Shown here in pieces: positions 18,915 to 27,572 of a stretch of DNA of 64,000 nt. The stretch is taken from positions 1,231-65,230 of the forward strand of contig QHTE01000056.1 in the NCBI GenBank assembly GCA_003220685.1, in the 5' to 3' direction. The stretch's first letter is position 1. Each line of letters opens with the position of its first letter. Under the pieces are notes generated by a model that had not been told where the DNA came from, ran no database searches, and was given only the letters and a program-made list of their open reading frames with translations. Origin of the DNA: Candidatus Rokuibacteriota bacterium (GTDB taxonomy: Bacteria; Methylomirabilota; Methylomirabilia; Rokubacteriales; CSP1-6). A program made the translations under genes and the position numbers.

Positions 18915-18991
18915 CGGGGTGTGGCGCAGCCTGGTAGCGCACCTGCTTTGGGAGCAGGGGGCCGGAGGTTCAAATCCTCTCACCCCGACCA
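18915..18991 (+). tRNA. tRNA-Pro (TGG)
   Basis: CGGGGTG...CCTGC-TTTGGGA-GCAGG...GGTTCAAATCC...CACCCCG-ACCA; upstream TGaTATAGT extended -10 at 18872-18880. Confidence 0.97.
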
Positions 18992-19025
18992 TATTTATTC
19001 TGAGTGTCCGAGGAGGTCGGCCGCC

Positions 19026-20204
19026 GTGATGCTCGACAGGCGCCGCCGGATTGCGATCGTGGCCGCGTTCGTCGCCGGACTTACCGCCGGCGCGGTCGGC
19101 GCGCCGAACGTCCGGGCAGGGCCAGGCGGCTGGAATCGAGAGGCGGCCGCGATGTACCTGGACGAACGGATGGACGTGTGGTTCGCGACGGCCACGAAGC
19201 TGCGGGCCGGTCAAAGCGAGACGACGTGCGTCTCGTGTCACACGGTCGTTCCGTATGCACTGGCACGGCCGGGCCTGAGGCGGGCGATGCACGTGGGGGC
19301 GCCGACGCCGCAGGAGGTGCGGCTGCTCGGGGACGTCATCCGGCGTGTCGACACGTACGACGCTCACCAGCCGTACTACGACTTCGACGAAGCCAAGAAG
19401 GTTGAGTCACGAGGCACTGAGGCGGTCCTCAACGCGCTGATCCTGGCGAGCTCGGACACCGAGCCCGAACGGAGTGAGGCCCGGGACTCGGTTCGGCGTG
19501 CCTTCCGCCGCTTGTGGCAAACCCAGCGCCCTGACGGCGCGTGGGACTGGCTGGACTTCGGGCTGGAGCCGTTCGAGAGCGCTGATGCCGTCTACTTTGG
19601 CGCCACTCTGGCCGCGCTGGCGGTCGGGAGCGCGTCCGGCTCGTTCACCAGCCAAGAGCCTCTAGCGGCTTCCGGCATCGACAGGCTGCGCCGCTATCTC
19701 ACCGAGCGGTATCGCGCACAGAATCTCTTCAACCGGGCGTGGCTGCTGCTGGCGTCGACACGATGGAAGGACTTGATCGCGCCCGCGCAGCGCGAGGCCC
19801 TCGTCGCGGAGATACGGAAGGCCCAGCGGGACGACGGGGGCTGGTCGCTGTGGACGATGGGTGGCTGGAGGTGGAGCACGGCCGCAAGGCCTGCGCGGCC
19901 GCCCGGGACCCCTGACACCTCGCTCCTGGCGAGGTCCGACGGCTACGCGACCGGGATGGCGATCTACACGCTGCGATGCGCCGGTCTTCCGGCCGCTGAT
20001 CCGGGAGTCAGGGCCGGAGTGCAATGGCTCAAGGCGAATCAGCAGGGGATCCGGGTCGGTGAACGAACGCATCCCGCCTGGCGGTCGTACTCGCTGAATC
20101 ACGATCGTGAGCACGGCGGCGCCAAGGGCGAGCCGTGGCGAAGGCTGTTCATGTCCGACGCCGCGACGGCCTTCGCCGTCCTCGCTCTGCTTACGTCCGA
20201 CTGA
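19026..20204 (+). CDS. Exported protein with CxxCH motif and QW (squalene-hopene cyclase/prenyltransferase-like) repeats
   Basis: RBS aggagg at 19011; signal-peptide-like N-terminus; CVSCH; QRPDGAW, QRDDGGW, WLKANQ. The ORF-track start at 18921 lies inside the tRNA and is not real. Confidence 0.65.
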   Translation: MMLDRRRRIAIVAAFVAGLTAGAVGAPNVRAGPGGWNREAAAMYLDERMDVWFATATKLRAGQSETTCVSCHTVVPYALARPGLRRAMHVGAPTPQEVRLLGDVIRRVDTYDAHQPYYDFDEAKKVESRGTEAVLNALILASSDTEPERSEARDSVRRAFRRLWQTQRPDGAWDWLDFGLEPFESADAVYFGATLAALAVGSASGSFTSQEPLAASGIDRLRRYLTERYRAQNLFNRAWLLLASTRWKDLIAPAQREALVAEIRKAQRDDGGWSLWTMGGWRWSTAARPARPPGTPDTSLLARSDGYATGMAIYTLRCAGLPAADPGVRAGVQWLKANQQGIRVGERTHPAWRSYSLNHDREHGGAKGEPWRRLFMSDAATAFAVLALLTSD

Positions 20205-20331
20205 GGACCGCTATCTCCCCGACGCTCTCAGACCGCACGGGCGAGCCTGACGGGCACGTGCCGCGCGCCATTTCTGTCAGCGACGAGCCGCGGACGCTCT
20301 GGAACCTATTGATTGTCTGAATCCTGCCGGC

Positions 20332-20907
20332 GTGGCCGTTGTTTTGCACTCAGGGTTCGGCAGGAGGGTGCTGCCCATCAAGCCTGGCGCGTGGCCTCTC
20401 GCTCGCACGATGTTCGCGACGGCCGCTGCTGTCGTCGTCCTCGTCGTCGAGGCCCCGGCCCAGCCCGGCGGTTGGCTACTGCTGACCCCGCCGACGATTC
20501 CCGAGAAGCGCGCGTTGATGAAAGTCTATACGGCGAGCTCCGACGCCGAGGTCCGAGCGGCCGTCGCCAGCTTGCCCGGCGACGAGCAGGTTCGCCTGGT
20601 CATGAAGGCGTACGAAATCCTCACGATCCCGACGGTCGCCGCCCGCACCGAGGCGCTGCTCGACGCGCTGCAGGACGCGTCGGCGCCGGTGTCCAGGTGG
20701 CGTCGCATCGAGACGTTCGAGTCGGCTGCGTCCTGCGAGCGTCAGCGCCAGCGCGCGCTCCAGAGCTTCGAGCGCGCCGCAGCTCGAGTACGCTCCTCGT
20801 CCCCCGAGAGCGACGAGCTCGCCGTCGAGGACTGGACGATATTCGAGGGGTTAGCCGCCTGTCGATTGAGCCGCTGCGTGCCGGAATCGACTCTCCCACT
20901 CCGCTGA
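20332..20907 (+). CDS. Hypothetical exported protein
   Basis: Hydrophobic N-region, WLLLTPP, W....TFESAASCE, C-terminal RCVP; real start probably ATG near 20410. Confidence 0.55.
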   Translation: MAVVLHSGFGRRVLPIKPGAWPLARTMFATAAAVVVLVVEAPAQPGGWLLLTPPTIPEKRALMKVYTASSDAEVRAAVASLPGDEQVRLVMKAYEILTIPTVAARTEALLDALQDASAPVSRWRRIETFESAASCERQRQRALQSFERAAARVRSSSPESDELAVEDWTIFEGLAACRLSRCVPESTLPLR

Positions 20908-21104
20908 CGCTGTCAACGCGCGCCCGATATCGGTAGCCTGCCCGGCTCGACGTTCCACTCGACAGCAACCCCGCGCGGGCTCTCGGACGGCACGCCGCGG
21001 CTCTGAACAAAAAATGTAAGACATCGGCTCACGGCGCGCCGGATCAGGCTAGAATGCCGACGGATGGGCTCGACGCGCACACCCACCCGAGGAAGAGGGC
21101 GCGC

Positions 21105-21401
21105 ATGAGAATCGTCGCCGTCCTGGTCCTGTCCGCCGCCCTCGTCCTCGTCGGCCCCGCCTCCTGGGCGTACAACTGCCCGGTCGTGATCAAGCAGGCG
21201 GAGGACACCATCAAGAAGGCTGAAGCCGGTAAGGTGAGCCCGGAGACACGGCAGCTCATCGAGGAAGCCAAGAAGCTCCTGGCCGAGGCGAAAGCTCACC
21301 ACGAGAACGCCAGGACGAAGCGCGACCACGGCGACTCGGTCCGCAAGGCCAAGACCGCCATCGCCTACGCCGAAGAGGCCATCATCCTCCAGAACCCATA
21401 G
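21105..21401 (+). CDS. Small secreted helical protein (NCP N-terminus, His residues)
   Basis: Clear signal peptide ending ASWA; GC3-rich codons. Confidence 0.75.
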   Translation: MRIVAVLVLSAALVLVGPASWAYNCPVVIKQAEDTIKKAEAGKVSPETRQLIEEAKKLLAEAKAHHENARTKRDHGDSVRKAKTAIAYAEEAIILQNP

Positions 21402-21408
21402 CGAGCCA

Positions 21409-22236
21409 TTGGGGGGACGTCGCCAGCGTTTTGCCGGCAACGCGGTCTTCATCACCGGCGCATCGTCGGGTATCGGCGCCGCCCTCGCCCGAGAATTCGC
21501 CCGTGAGGGCGCCGACGTGGCCCTGGCGGCTCGCCGCCTGGATCGGCTCGAAGCACTGGCGTCGGAGATCGGCCGCGCGGGGCGCCGAGCCATCGTGATC
21601 CCCTGCGACGTCACCCGCGACGGCGACCTCGAGCGCGCCGCAGACAAGGCCCGGGGCGCCCTGGGCAAGCTGGACGTCGTCGTCGCGAATGCGGGCTTCG
21701 GTGTGACCGGCAAGCTCGAGACCTTGACGCTCGACGACTACCGCCGCCAGCTCGAGACCAACGTTTTCGGCGTACTTCGGACGGTCTACGCGACCCTCGA
21801 AGACCTCAAGAAGACCCGCGGCCGGCTCGTCCTGATCGGCAGCGTCAGCGGCCACGTCGCCGTCCCGGGCTCCTCGGCCTACTCGATGAGCAAGTTCGCC
21901 GTGCACGCGCTCGCCGCCTCGCTCGGCCACGAGCTGGCGCCTTACGGCGTCGCGGTGACGTTGATCAGCCCCGGCTTCGTCGAGTCGGAGATCGGTCAGG
22001 TCGACAACCGCGGCGTCTGGCGCGCTCAGGCGCCGCGGCGCCCGATTCCCGCGGCGTTCGTCATGGCGACGCCCACCGCGGCGCGAAAAATCGTGCGCGC
22101 GGTCGCACGGCGGCGCCGAGAGGTCGTGATCACCGGCTTCGGAAAGGCGGCGGTGGTGCTCCATCGGCACGCGCCGTGGCTGCTCGCGGCGATAATTCGA
22201 CGTTTCGGCATTAAAGGACGACGCGAACCGCGTTAA
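21409..22236 (+). CDS. Short-chain dehydrogenase/reductase
   Basis: TGASSGIG, VANAG, YSMSK (YxxxK), PGFV. Confidence 0.92.
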   Translation: MGGRRQRFAGNAVFITGASSGIGAALAREFAREGADVALAARRLDRLEALASEIGRAGRRAIVIPCDVTRDGDLERAADKARGALGKLDVVVANAGFGVTGKLETLTLDDYRRQLETNVFGVLRTVYATLEDLKKTRGRLVLIGSVSGHVAVPGSSAYSMSKFAVHALAASLGHELAPYGVAVTLISPGFVESEIGQVDNRGVWRAQAPRRPIPAAFVMATPTAARKIVRAVARRRREVVITGFGKAAVVLHRHAPWLLAAIIRRFGIKGRREPR

Positions 22237-22275
22237 TATGGCCGCAACGGCGCCAAGGCGCCGGGAGGGAGGCGA

Positions 22276-23067
22276 ATGCTCCACTTCACGATCGACGGGT
22301 TTCGGGGGTTCCGCTCTCGCTTCGACGACGCGCACCTGATCCAGGAAGTCCTCGAGGACGCGCCGGCGCAGCTCGGACTCAAGCGGGCGATGCCGGCCTT
22401 CGTGCTTCCGTACTACAACGGGGTCGTGCCCGAAGATTGCGGGATCAGCGCGTTCGTGTTCCTGGCGGGCGGCCACTTCACGCTCCACACCTTCTCGTTC
22501 CGCGAGACGTACTTCGCCGACCTGGTGGCGCCGGACGAGTTCGACCCGGCCAAGCTCCGGGCGCTGCTCGAGGCGGTCTTCCCGTGCGCGCTCACCAGCG
22601 TCCGGACCGTAGAGCGGCAGGACCTGAAGGACTCCGAACCCGACGTCGAGAACGACTTCGGGCCGCATCTGTTCCTGAATATCGATGCCTACCAGGGCCC
22701 ACGGGACCTCGATTCACTGTTCCAGCTGTTCGACCGGCTCCCGGCCGAGATCGGGATGACGCCGATCATGCGGCCCTACGTCATCCGCGATACCACCACC
22801 GACGGCCAGCCCGTGCTGAGCGCCCTGACGATGATCGCGGAGAGTCACGTGAGCCTGCACGTGTTCCCCCGCGAGGAGCGTGCGTACTTCGACATCTTCT
22901 CGTGCCGATTCTTCGACCGGTCGTTCGTCGTGCCCCGACTCCTCGCCCAGTTCCCGGGCGGGAGCGTCCAGGAGGCGCTGGTCGCCCGGGGTAGCCGCTA
23001 TCGCTACCTCCGGACCGAGCGGGCCGACGAGCACGCCAAGTCGCGCACCTGGCTTCCTCAGCGATAG
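22276..23067 (+). CDS. Tandem two-domain pyruvoyl-dependent decarboxylase (SpeD/AdoMetDC class 1B-like)
   Basis: Domain 1 PEDCGISAFVFLAGGHFTLHTF lacks the E-S cleavage site; domain 2 FGPHL...GMTPI..PYV...MIAESHVSLHVFP...FDIFSC is intact. Confidence 0.85.
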   Translation: MLHFTIDGFRGFRSRFDDAHLIQEVLEDAPAQLGLKRAMPAFVLPYYNGVVPEDCGISAFVFLAGGHFTLHTFSFRETYFADLVAPDEFDPAKLRALLEAVFPCALTSVRTVERQDLKDSEPDVENDFGPHLFLNIDAYQGPRDLDSLFQLFDRLPAEIGMTPIMRPYVIRDTTTDGQPVLSALTMIAESHVSLHVFPREERAYFDIFSCRFFDRSFVVPRLLAQFPGGSVQEALVARGSRYRYLRTERADEHAKSRTWLPQR

Positions 23068-23075
23068 GAGCGAAC

Positions 23076-24152
23076 ATGACTCGTGAGCCGCGATTCGACG
23101 ACCCGAACCTCGTCCGCGAACCGATGACCGTCGCCGAAGACGTCGGACGGGGCAGCGTGCTGTCCCTGCTCGGCCGGATGAGCAAGTCCGCCTTCCAGGG
23201 CCGCAAGCTCGGCGAGGCCTTCGAAGCCTGGAAGGGCATGATCGAGGGCGAGAGCCTCATCTGCCTGGGCTACGCCGCCTCGATGTCCAGCGCCGGGATG
23301 TGGCCGCTGATCACCTGGCTGGTCGAGCGCGGCTACATCGACGTCCTCGCGTCGACCTCGGCCAACATCACGGAGGACCTGCTCGACATGATGGACGGGA
23401 CGCGGGTCTACCGGGTCGACCCCGAGCACGTGGACGACGTGGCCCTCGCCGAGAAGGGTTACTACCGGTTCTACGACCACATCGTCTCCTCCAAGAAGTA
23501 CGACCAGATGGAGACGGTCGTCACCGGCCGATTCTTCGACGAGCTCGCCGACACCTGGCGGAAGCCCACGATCCCCACCGTCCGGCTGCTATTCGAGCTC
23601 GGGAGCTGGCTCAACGCCAAGGGCTTCGAGAAGTCGATCCTGGCGACGGCGGCGCGTAACCAGGTGCCCGTCTTCTGCTGCGGGCTGCCCGACGGCCCGA
23701 TCGGCGAGGGGTACAGCACCTCGCCCAAGGCCGAGCAGGCGCCCGTCGTCGATTTCTTCAAGGACTACCGGATCGCGACCGACATCATGGACAACGCGAT
23801 GATGTCGCCCCGAGGTACCTCGGTCGTCTTCCTGGGCGGCGGCGTGCCCAAAGATTTCCTGCAGATCACCGCGACCAGCGTGCGGACGCGCCACGGCAAC
23901 GTGGACCCGACGCCGCACAAGGCCTCGATCCAGATCACGACCGACAACACGGTCTACGGCGGCCTCGGCGGTGCCACGCTCGCCACCGAATGCATCTCGT
24001 GGGGAAAAGAGGCGCACGGGAGCGCCAACGTCATGTGCTTCGCCGACGTCACGATCGCGCTGCCGATCATATGTCAGGGGCTCGCCGAGCACTTTGGGCG
24101 CGGCCACCGGCGCGAGCGGGCCAAGCCGTTGAAGTTGTCCGAAGTTTTCTAG
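23076..24152 (+). CDS. Deoxyhypusine-synthase-like protein (bacterial DHS/SpeY-type)
   Basis: AFQGRKLGEA, MSSAG, STSANITED, LGGGVPKDF, GGLGGAT..ECISWGK (catalytic Lys position kept), DVTIALP. Confidence 0.9.
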   Translation: MTREPRFDDPNLVREPMTVAEDVGRGSVLSLLGRMSKSAFQGRKLGEAFEAWKGMIEGESLICLGYAASMSSAGMWPLITWLVERGYIDVLASTSANITEDLLDMMDGTRVYRVDPEHVDDVALAEKGYYRFYDHIVSSKKYDQMETVVTGRFFDELADTWRKPTIPTVRLLFELGSWLNAKGFEKSILATAARNQVPVFCCGLPDGPIGEGYSTSPKAEQAPVVDFFKDYRIATDIMDNAMMSPRGTSVVFLGGGVPKDFLQITATSVRTRHGNVDPTPHKASIQITTDNTVYGGLGGATLATECISWGKEAHGSANVMCFADVTIALPIICQGLAEHFGRGHRRERAKPLKLSEVF

Positions 24153-24162
24153 AGCTCCCGCG

Positions 24163-24534
24163 ATGCGGCGACGCGCTCTGCTGATCGCGGTGGCGGCCTT
24201 CGTCGCCGCCGCCGCGAGCACGCGGGCGCAGCCGCCGCCCGGTCGGCCGACGGCCGAATCGTTCCGGATCGAGTGGGTGCGGCGCCCGCCGTCGATGCGG
24301 CCGGGCGTGGACGGCTACATCTACAACGATTCCCGCTGGCGGGTGACCAACATCCGCGTCCGCGCCGTGGTGGTCGACGCCGCCGGCACCCCCGTCCGCG
24401 AGAGCCTCGTGTCGGTCTGGGGCAACGCCGTGCCGGGAACCCGCACGTTCTTCGTCTTGCCGTCGATCGGCGAGGGCGAGATCTACCAGCTCACGGTCGT
24501 GACGTTCGACCTGATCTCGGAGCAGACCCCGTAG
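24163..24534 (+). CDS. Hypothetical exported protein (FxLYD-like Ig fold)
   Basis: Signal peptide; GYIYNDS...V.A..VDAAG...PG.RTFF pattern. Confidence 0.6.
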   Translation: MRRRALLIAVAAFVAAAASTRAQPPPGRPTAESFRIEWVRRPPSMRPGVDGYIYNDSRWRVTNIRVRAVVVDAAGTPVRESLVSVWGNAVPGTRTFFVLPSIGEGEIYQLTVVTFDLISEQTP

Positions 24535-24555
24535 CGAGAGTCGCGGCGGGCCTCG

Positions 24556-24936
24556 CTATCGAGGCCGGAACCGCACGACGGTGTAGCCGAGCGAGGAGGC
24601 CTGGCCGAGCCGGAGCCGCCGCCGGAGCCGTCGTCGGTCGGGCGCCCGCTGCCGCAGGTCGTGACGCCGGTCGCCCTTCCGGCGCTCGAGAATAACCTTC
24701 ACCCCGCGCACTCCCTCCAGCCGGCGCTGGAGATATTCGAACAGCGCGACGTCGTGACGGCGGACCACGATCAAGAGCTCGATGTCGGGGAACGACAGGG
24801 ACGGAAGCGACGCGAGCAGCAGCGCCGCGTGCCGCGGACAGTACCCGTGCGTTTCGGTGGGATTGTCGAACGGCGCTTTCTCACCGAGATCACCGGGACG
24901 GCCCTCGGCACGGCACGACGCGCAGATGACTTTCAT
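24556..24936 (-). CDS. Hypothetical protein: CxxC...HGYCxxH metal-binding-like N-domain plus RxxxR-rich C-domain
   Basis: MKVICASC, ETHGYCPRH, VILERRKGDRR...DRRR; RBS ggagg upstream. Confidence 0.7.
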   Translation of the reverse strand: MKVICASCRAEGRPGDLGEKAPFDNPTETHGYCPRHAALLLASLPSLSFPDIELLIVVRRHDVALFEYLQRRLEGVRGVKVILERRKGDRRHDLRQRAPDRRRLRRRLRLGQASSLGYTVVRFRPR

Positions 24937-25134
24937 GCGGCCCGAGAACCTTTGCCTCCTCCCGCGCTCGCCTTGGCCGTCTATAATTCAGGAAAGAATC
25001 GCCGCGGCCACACGTGAGCACGACACTCTAGCACCTTCTCCCCGCGCGTTCGAGCGCGGCCAGCGTAAACGCGCGAACCCGCCCGTTCGTCTGGCGAGGT
25101 GTACCATGACTGGAAGAAGAATCCGGAGGCCAGC

Positions 25135-25578
25135 GTGATCAAAGCCGGACGGATCTCCAGTACCGCGTTGCTGCTGGCTCTCGCGTGCGTCTCTCGCGCC
25201 GGGGCCGAGGATCTCGAGCACTTCGCCATGAGTCACGTTCGACTGTCCACCGACTCCGCGATCGCCTCGGGATGCGCGCGCGTGTCCAGAGTCAGCGACG
25301 ATTCGCTCCGAGATCTGCGGCGGAAGGTCGTGCGATCCGGTGGCAACACCGCGGTCCTCTCGTTCTCGACCGACGACCTGGGGATGATCCTCGCGGACGT
25401 CTACCGCTGTACGCCGCCGGCGGCACGCCGCCCGCCGAACGTTCCGCCGCCCCCGGCGGGGCCGCCGCCGCCACCACCGCCGTCGTCGAGCCCGCCCCCG
25501 CCGCCGCCGTCCGGGACTCCGCCGCCGCCTCCGGCGGGTGGTCCGCCCCCGCCACCTCCGCCGCCGCCCTCGCGGTAG
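25135..25578 (+). CDS. Hypothetical exported protein with poly-proline tail
   Basis: Signal-like LLLALACVSRAGA; small domain with two Cys; about 45-residue Pro-rich tail (CCG repeats ~25430-25570). Confidence 0.6.
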   Translation: MIKAGRISSTALLLALACVSRAGAEDLEHFAMSHVRLSTDSAIASGCARVSRVSDDSLRDLRRKVVRSGGNTAVLSFSTDDLGMILADVYRCTPPAARRPPNVPPPPAGPPPPPPPSSSPPPPPPSGTPPPPPAGGPPPPPPPPPSR

Positions 25579-25629
25579 GCGCGGGCCGCTTCGGGCGGAG
25601 CGCGGCCTGCGACTGGTCGGTGGTCTGGC

Positions 25630-26295
25630 TCAGCGTCCGGCGCCGACCAGAGCCGCCAATGCCCAGTCGACGGATGGAGCCAGCACGTCGGCAACGCTGA
25701 CGGCCCAGAGCGCCGTCACGATCGCCGCGAAGACGTCCATCGTGTAGTGCGCGCGGAGCACCAGCACCGCTGCCGCTTCGACGCCGGCGATCACGACACC
25801 CAGGACCGGCAGGATCGGCCCGCCCATTCGCGCCAGCTCGACGCTTCCGAAGACCGCTATCGCGGTGTGGCCCGAGAAGAACAGATCCGTCGCGGTGTCA
25901 TAGGTAACGAGCAGCGAGGGAATGCCGGGCCGGCGCCAGATCATCCCCTCGGGGGGCGGCAGCGCGCACAGGCCCTGGCAGAGCTGTCGCAGCGCGTAGA
26001 GGATCAGCAGCCCCAGGAACGGGCGAATGCTCGGTCCGAAGATCGATCGCGCGAGGATGAAAAGCCCGAGCATATCGATGATCGCCGACGTCGTGACCAG
26101 GAGCGCGTCGGCGGCGCGCGGGTGCTCCCGGAGATATCGGTTTAGCGGCGCGGTCAGCTGATGGACGCCGTCGCCGATGTTTCCAGCGGGCCACGCTCGT
26201 TGACCGATCAGCCGCTGCGTCCAGAACCAGCCGGCCAGGCCGGCGATGACCAGACCGAGGCGCACCGCCCACAGCTCCGCAGTCGCTCCGCTCAT
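25630..26295 (-). CDS. Sphingomyelin-synthase/IPC-synthase-like PAP2 membrane enzyme (PAP2_C)
   Basis: LPPPEG, TDLFFSGHT (D3-like), AHYTMDV (D4-like); ATG at 26295 overlaps the MFS stop (ATGA). Confidence 0.82.
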   Translation of the reverse strand: MSGATAELWAVRLGLVIAGLAGWFWTQRLIGQRAWPAGNIGDGVHQLTAPLNRYLREHPRAADALLVTTSAIIDMLGLFILARSIFGPSIRPFLGLLILYALRQLCQGLCALPPPEGMIWRRPGIPSLLVTYDTATDLFFSGHTAIAVFGSVELARMGGPILPVLGVVIAGVEAAAVLVLRAHYTMDVFAAIVTALWAVSVADVLAPSVDWALAALVGAGR

Positions 26296-27572
26296 CGCGC
26301 GCTCCGCGTCGGCGTCGCTACGGTCGTGCGCGCGGCCTCGAGATCGGTTTCCAGGGTCGCCCGGCCCGCCAGGAGCACCGCGCCGGCCGCCGCCAGCAAG
26401 CATCCGGCGACGAGGATGGGCACGCGGAGCCCGATCTGGTCCGAGGCGACGCCGATGAGCCAGGGCGATGCGGCGTCGCCGAGCAGGTGCATCAGTAGCG
26501 TCGTCACCGCGAATCCCCGCGCGCGCAGCTCGGCCGGCAGCACGTTCGCCATCGCCGCGTTCGTCGGCCCGATGTTCACGAAGAGCAGCAGCAACGTGAC
26601 GAATATGGCCGGCCAGAACACGGCCGGCTGCGGCGCCAGCACCGCGAAGAGCGTGAAGACGATGGACATCGCGAGCGACCAACCCGATACGATGAAATCG
26701 GCGCTGGGGTGCCGCCGCGCCACCGCCGAGGAAAGGCGCCCGCCGAGCAAGGTGCCGGCGAAGCCGGCGACGACGAGGAGCAGGCCGAAGGTCGCCGCGG
26801 CGCTCGTCAGCGGGATGCCGCGCTCGCGCACGAAGTAGGTCGGCATCCACGTCGCCAGCCCGCCCATGCTGAAGGTGTAGATGATCTGCGCCGCGGTGTT
26901 GACGGCGTAGCTCCGGCGGCTCATGAGCGCGCGCAGCGAGGGGGCTAGACCGAGCGGCGTGGCCGCGCCGTGCACGCTGTCCTGGGAGCCGCGCGCGGGC
27001 TCGGTCAGCAGCAGCAGGAGGAAGGCGAGAACGGCGCCCGGCGCGCCGGCCACGAAGAAAGCGGCGCGCCAGCCGTGCGCCTCGCCGATCACGCCGCCCA
27101 CGATGTAGCCGAGGGCCGAGCCGATCGGGATCGCCGCGTAGAAGATGCCGAGCATACGCGCCCGCCGTTCGGCCGGGTAACAGTCGGAGAGAAGCGATGG
27201 GGTGACGACCGCGTAGCTCGCCTCGCCGATACCGATCACGGCGCGGGCGAGGAGGAGCCAGCCGTAGGTGGGCGCCAGGCCCGACGCCACGGTGGCGATG
27301 CTCCACACGAACACGCCGCTCGCGACCAGGCGCAGGCGCTTGCCGGCGTCGCCGAGCCAGCCGGCCGGCCCGCACGCCAGGGAATAGGCGACGATGAAGA
27401 GGGACTGGAGCAGACCGCCCTGAGCATCCGAGATCGCCAGGTCGGCCAGGATGAGGGGCAGGGTGGCCGCGGAGACGTAGCGGTCCAGATAGTTCAGGGC
27501 GTTGAGCGTCGTGAGGGAGCCGAGGATGAGCCGCGGCGACTGCGACCAGCGGCTAGCGGACATCACTCGCAC
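26292..27572 (-). CDS. Spinster (SPNS)-like MFS transporter
   Basis: LNYLDRY, GWLGD, RAVIGIGEASY, SDCYP...RMLGIFYAAIPIGSALGY, HLLGDAASP. Confidence 0.88.
   Translation of the reverse strand: MRVMSASRWSQSPRLILGSLTTLNALNYLDRYVSAATLPLILADLAISDAQGGLLQSLFIVAYSLACGPAGWLGDAGKRLRLVASGVFVWSIATVASGLAPTYGWLLLARAVIGIGEASYAVVTPSLLSDCYPAERRARMLGIFYAAIPIGSALGYIVGGVIGEAHGWRAAFFVAGAPGAVLAFLLLLLTEPARGSQDSVHGAATPLGLAPSLRALMSRRSYAVNTAAQIIYTFSMGGLATWMPTYFVRERGIPLTSAAATFGLLLVVAGFAGTLLGGRLSSAVARRHPSADFIVSGWSLAMSIVFTLFAVLAPQPAVFWPAIFVTLLLLFVNIGPTNAAMANVLPAELRARGFAVTTLLMHLLGDAASPWLIGVASDQIGLRVPILVAGCLLAAAGAVLLAGRATLETDLEAARTTVATPTRSAR

Noticed and set aside
19026-20204. Hopanoid biosynthesis cluster (QW-repeat protein with HpnO-like aminotransferase and HpnL-like flippase)
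   Set aside because: The protein is far shorter than squalene-hopene cyclase, lacks DxDD and is separated from the operon by housekeeping genes; no other hpn genes are present.
25430-25575. CCG-rich repeat tract
   Set aside because: Explained by a poly-proline coding tail, not a DNA-level repeat element.
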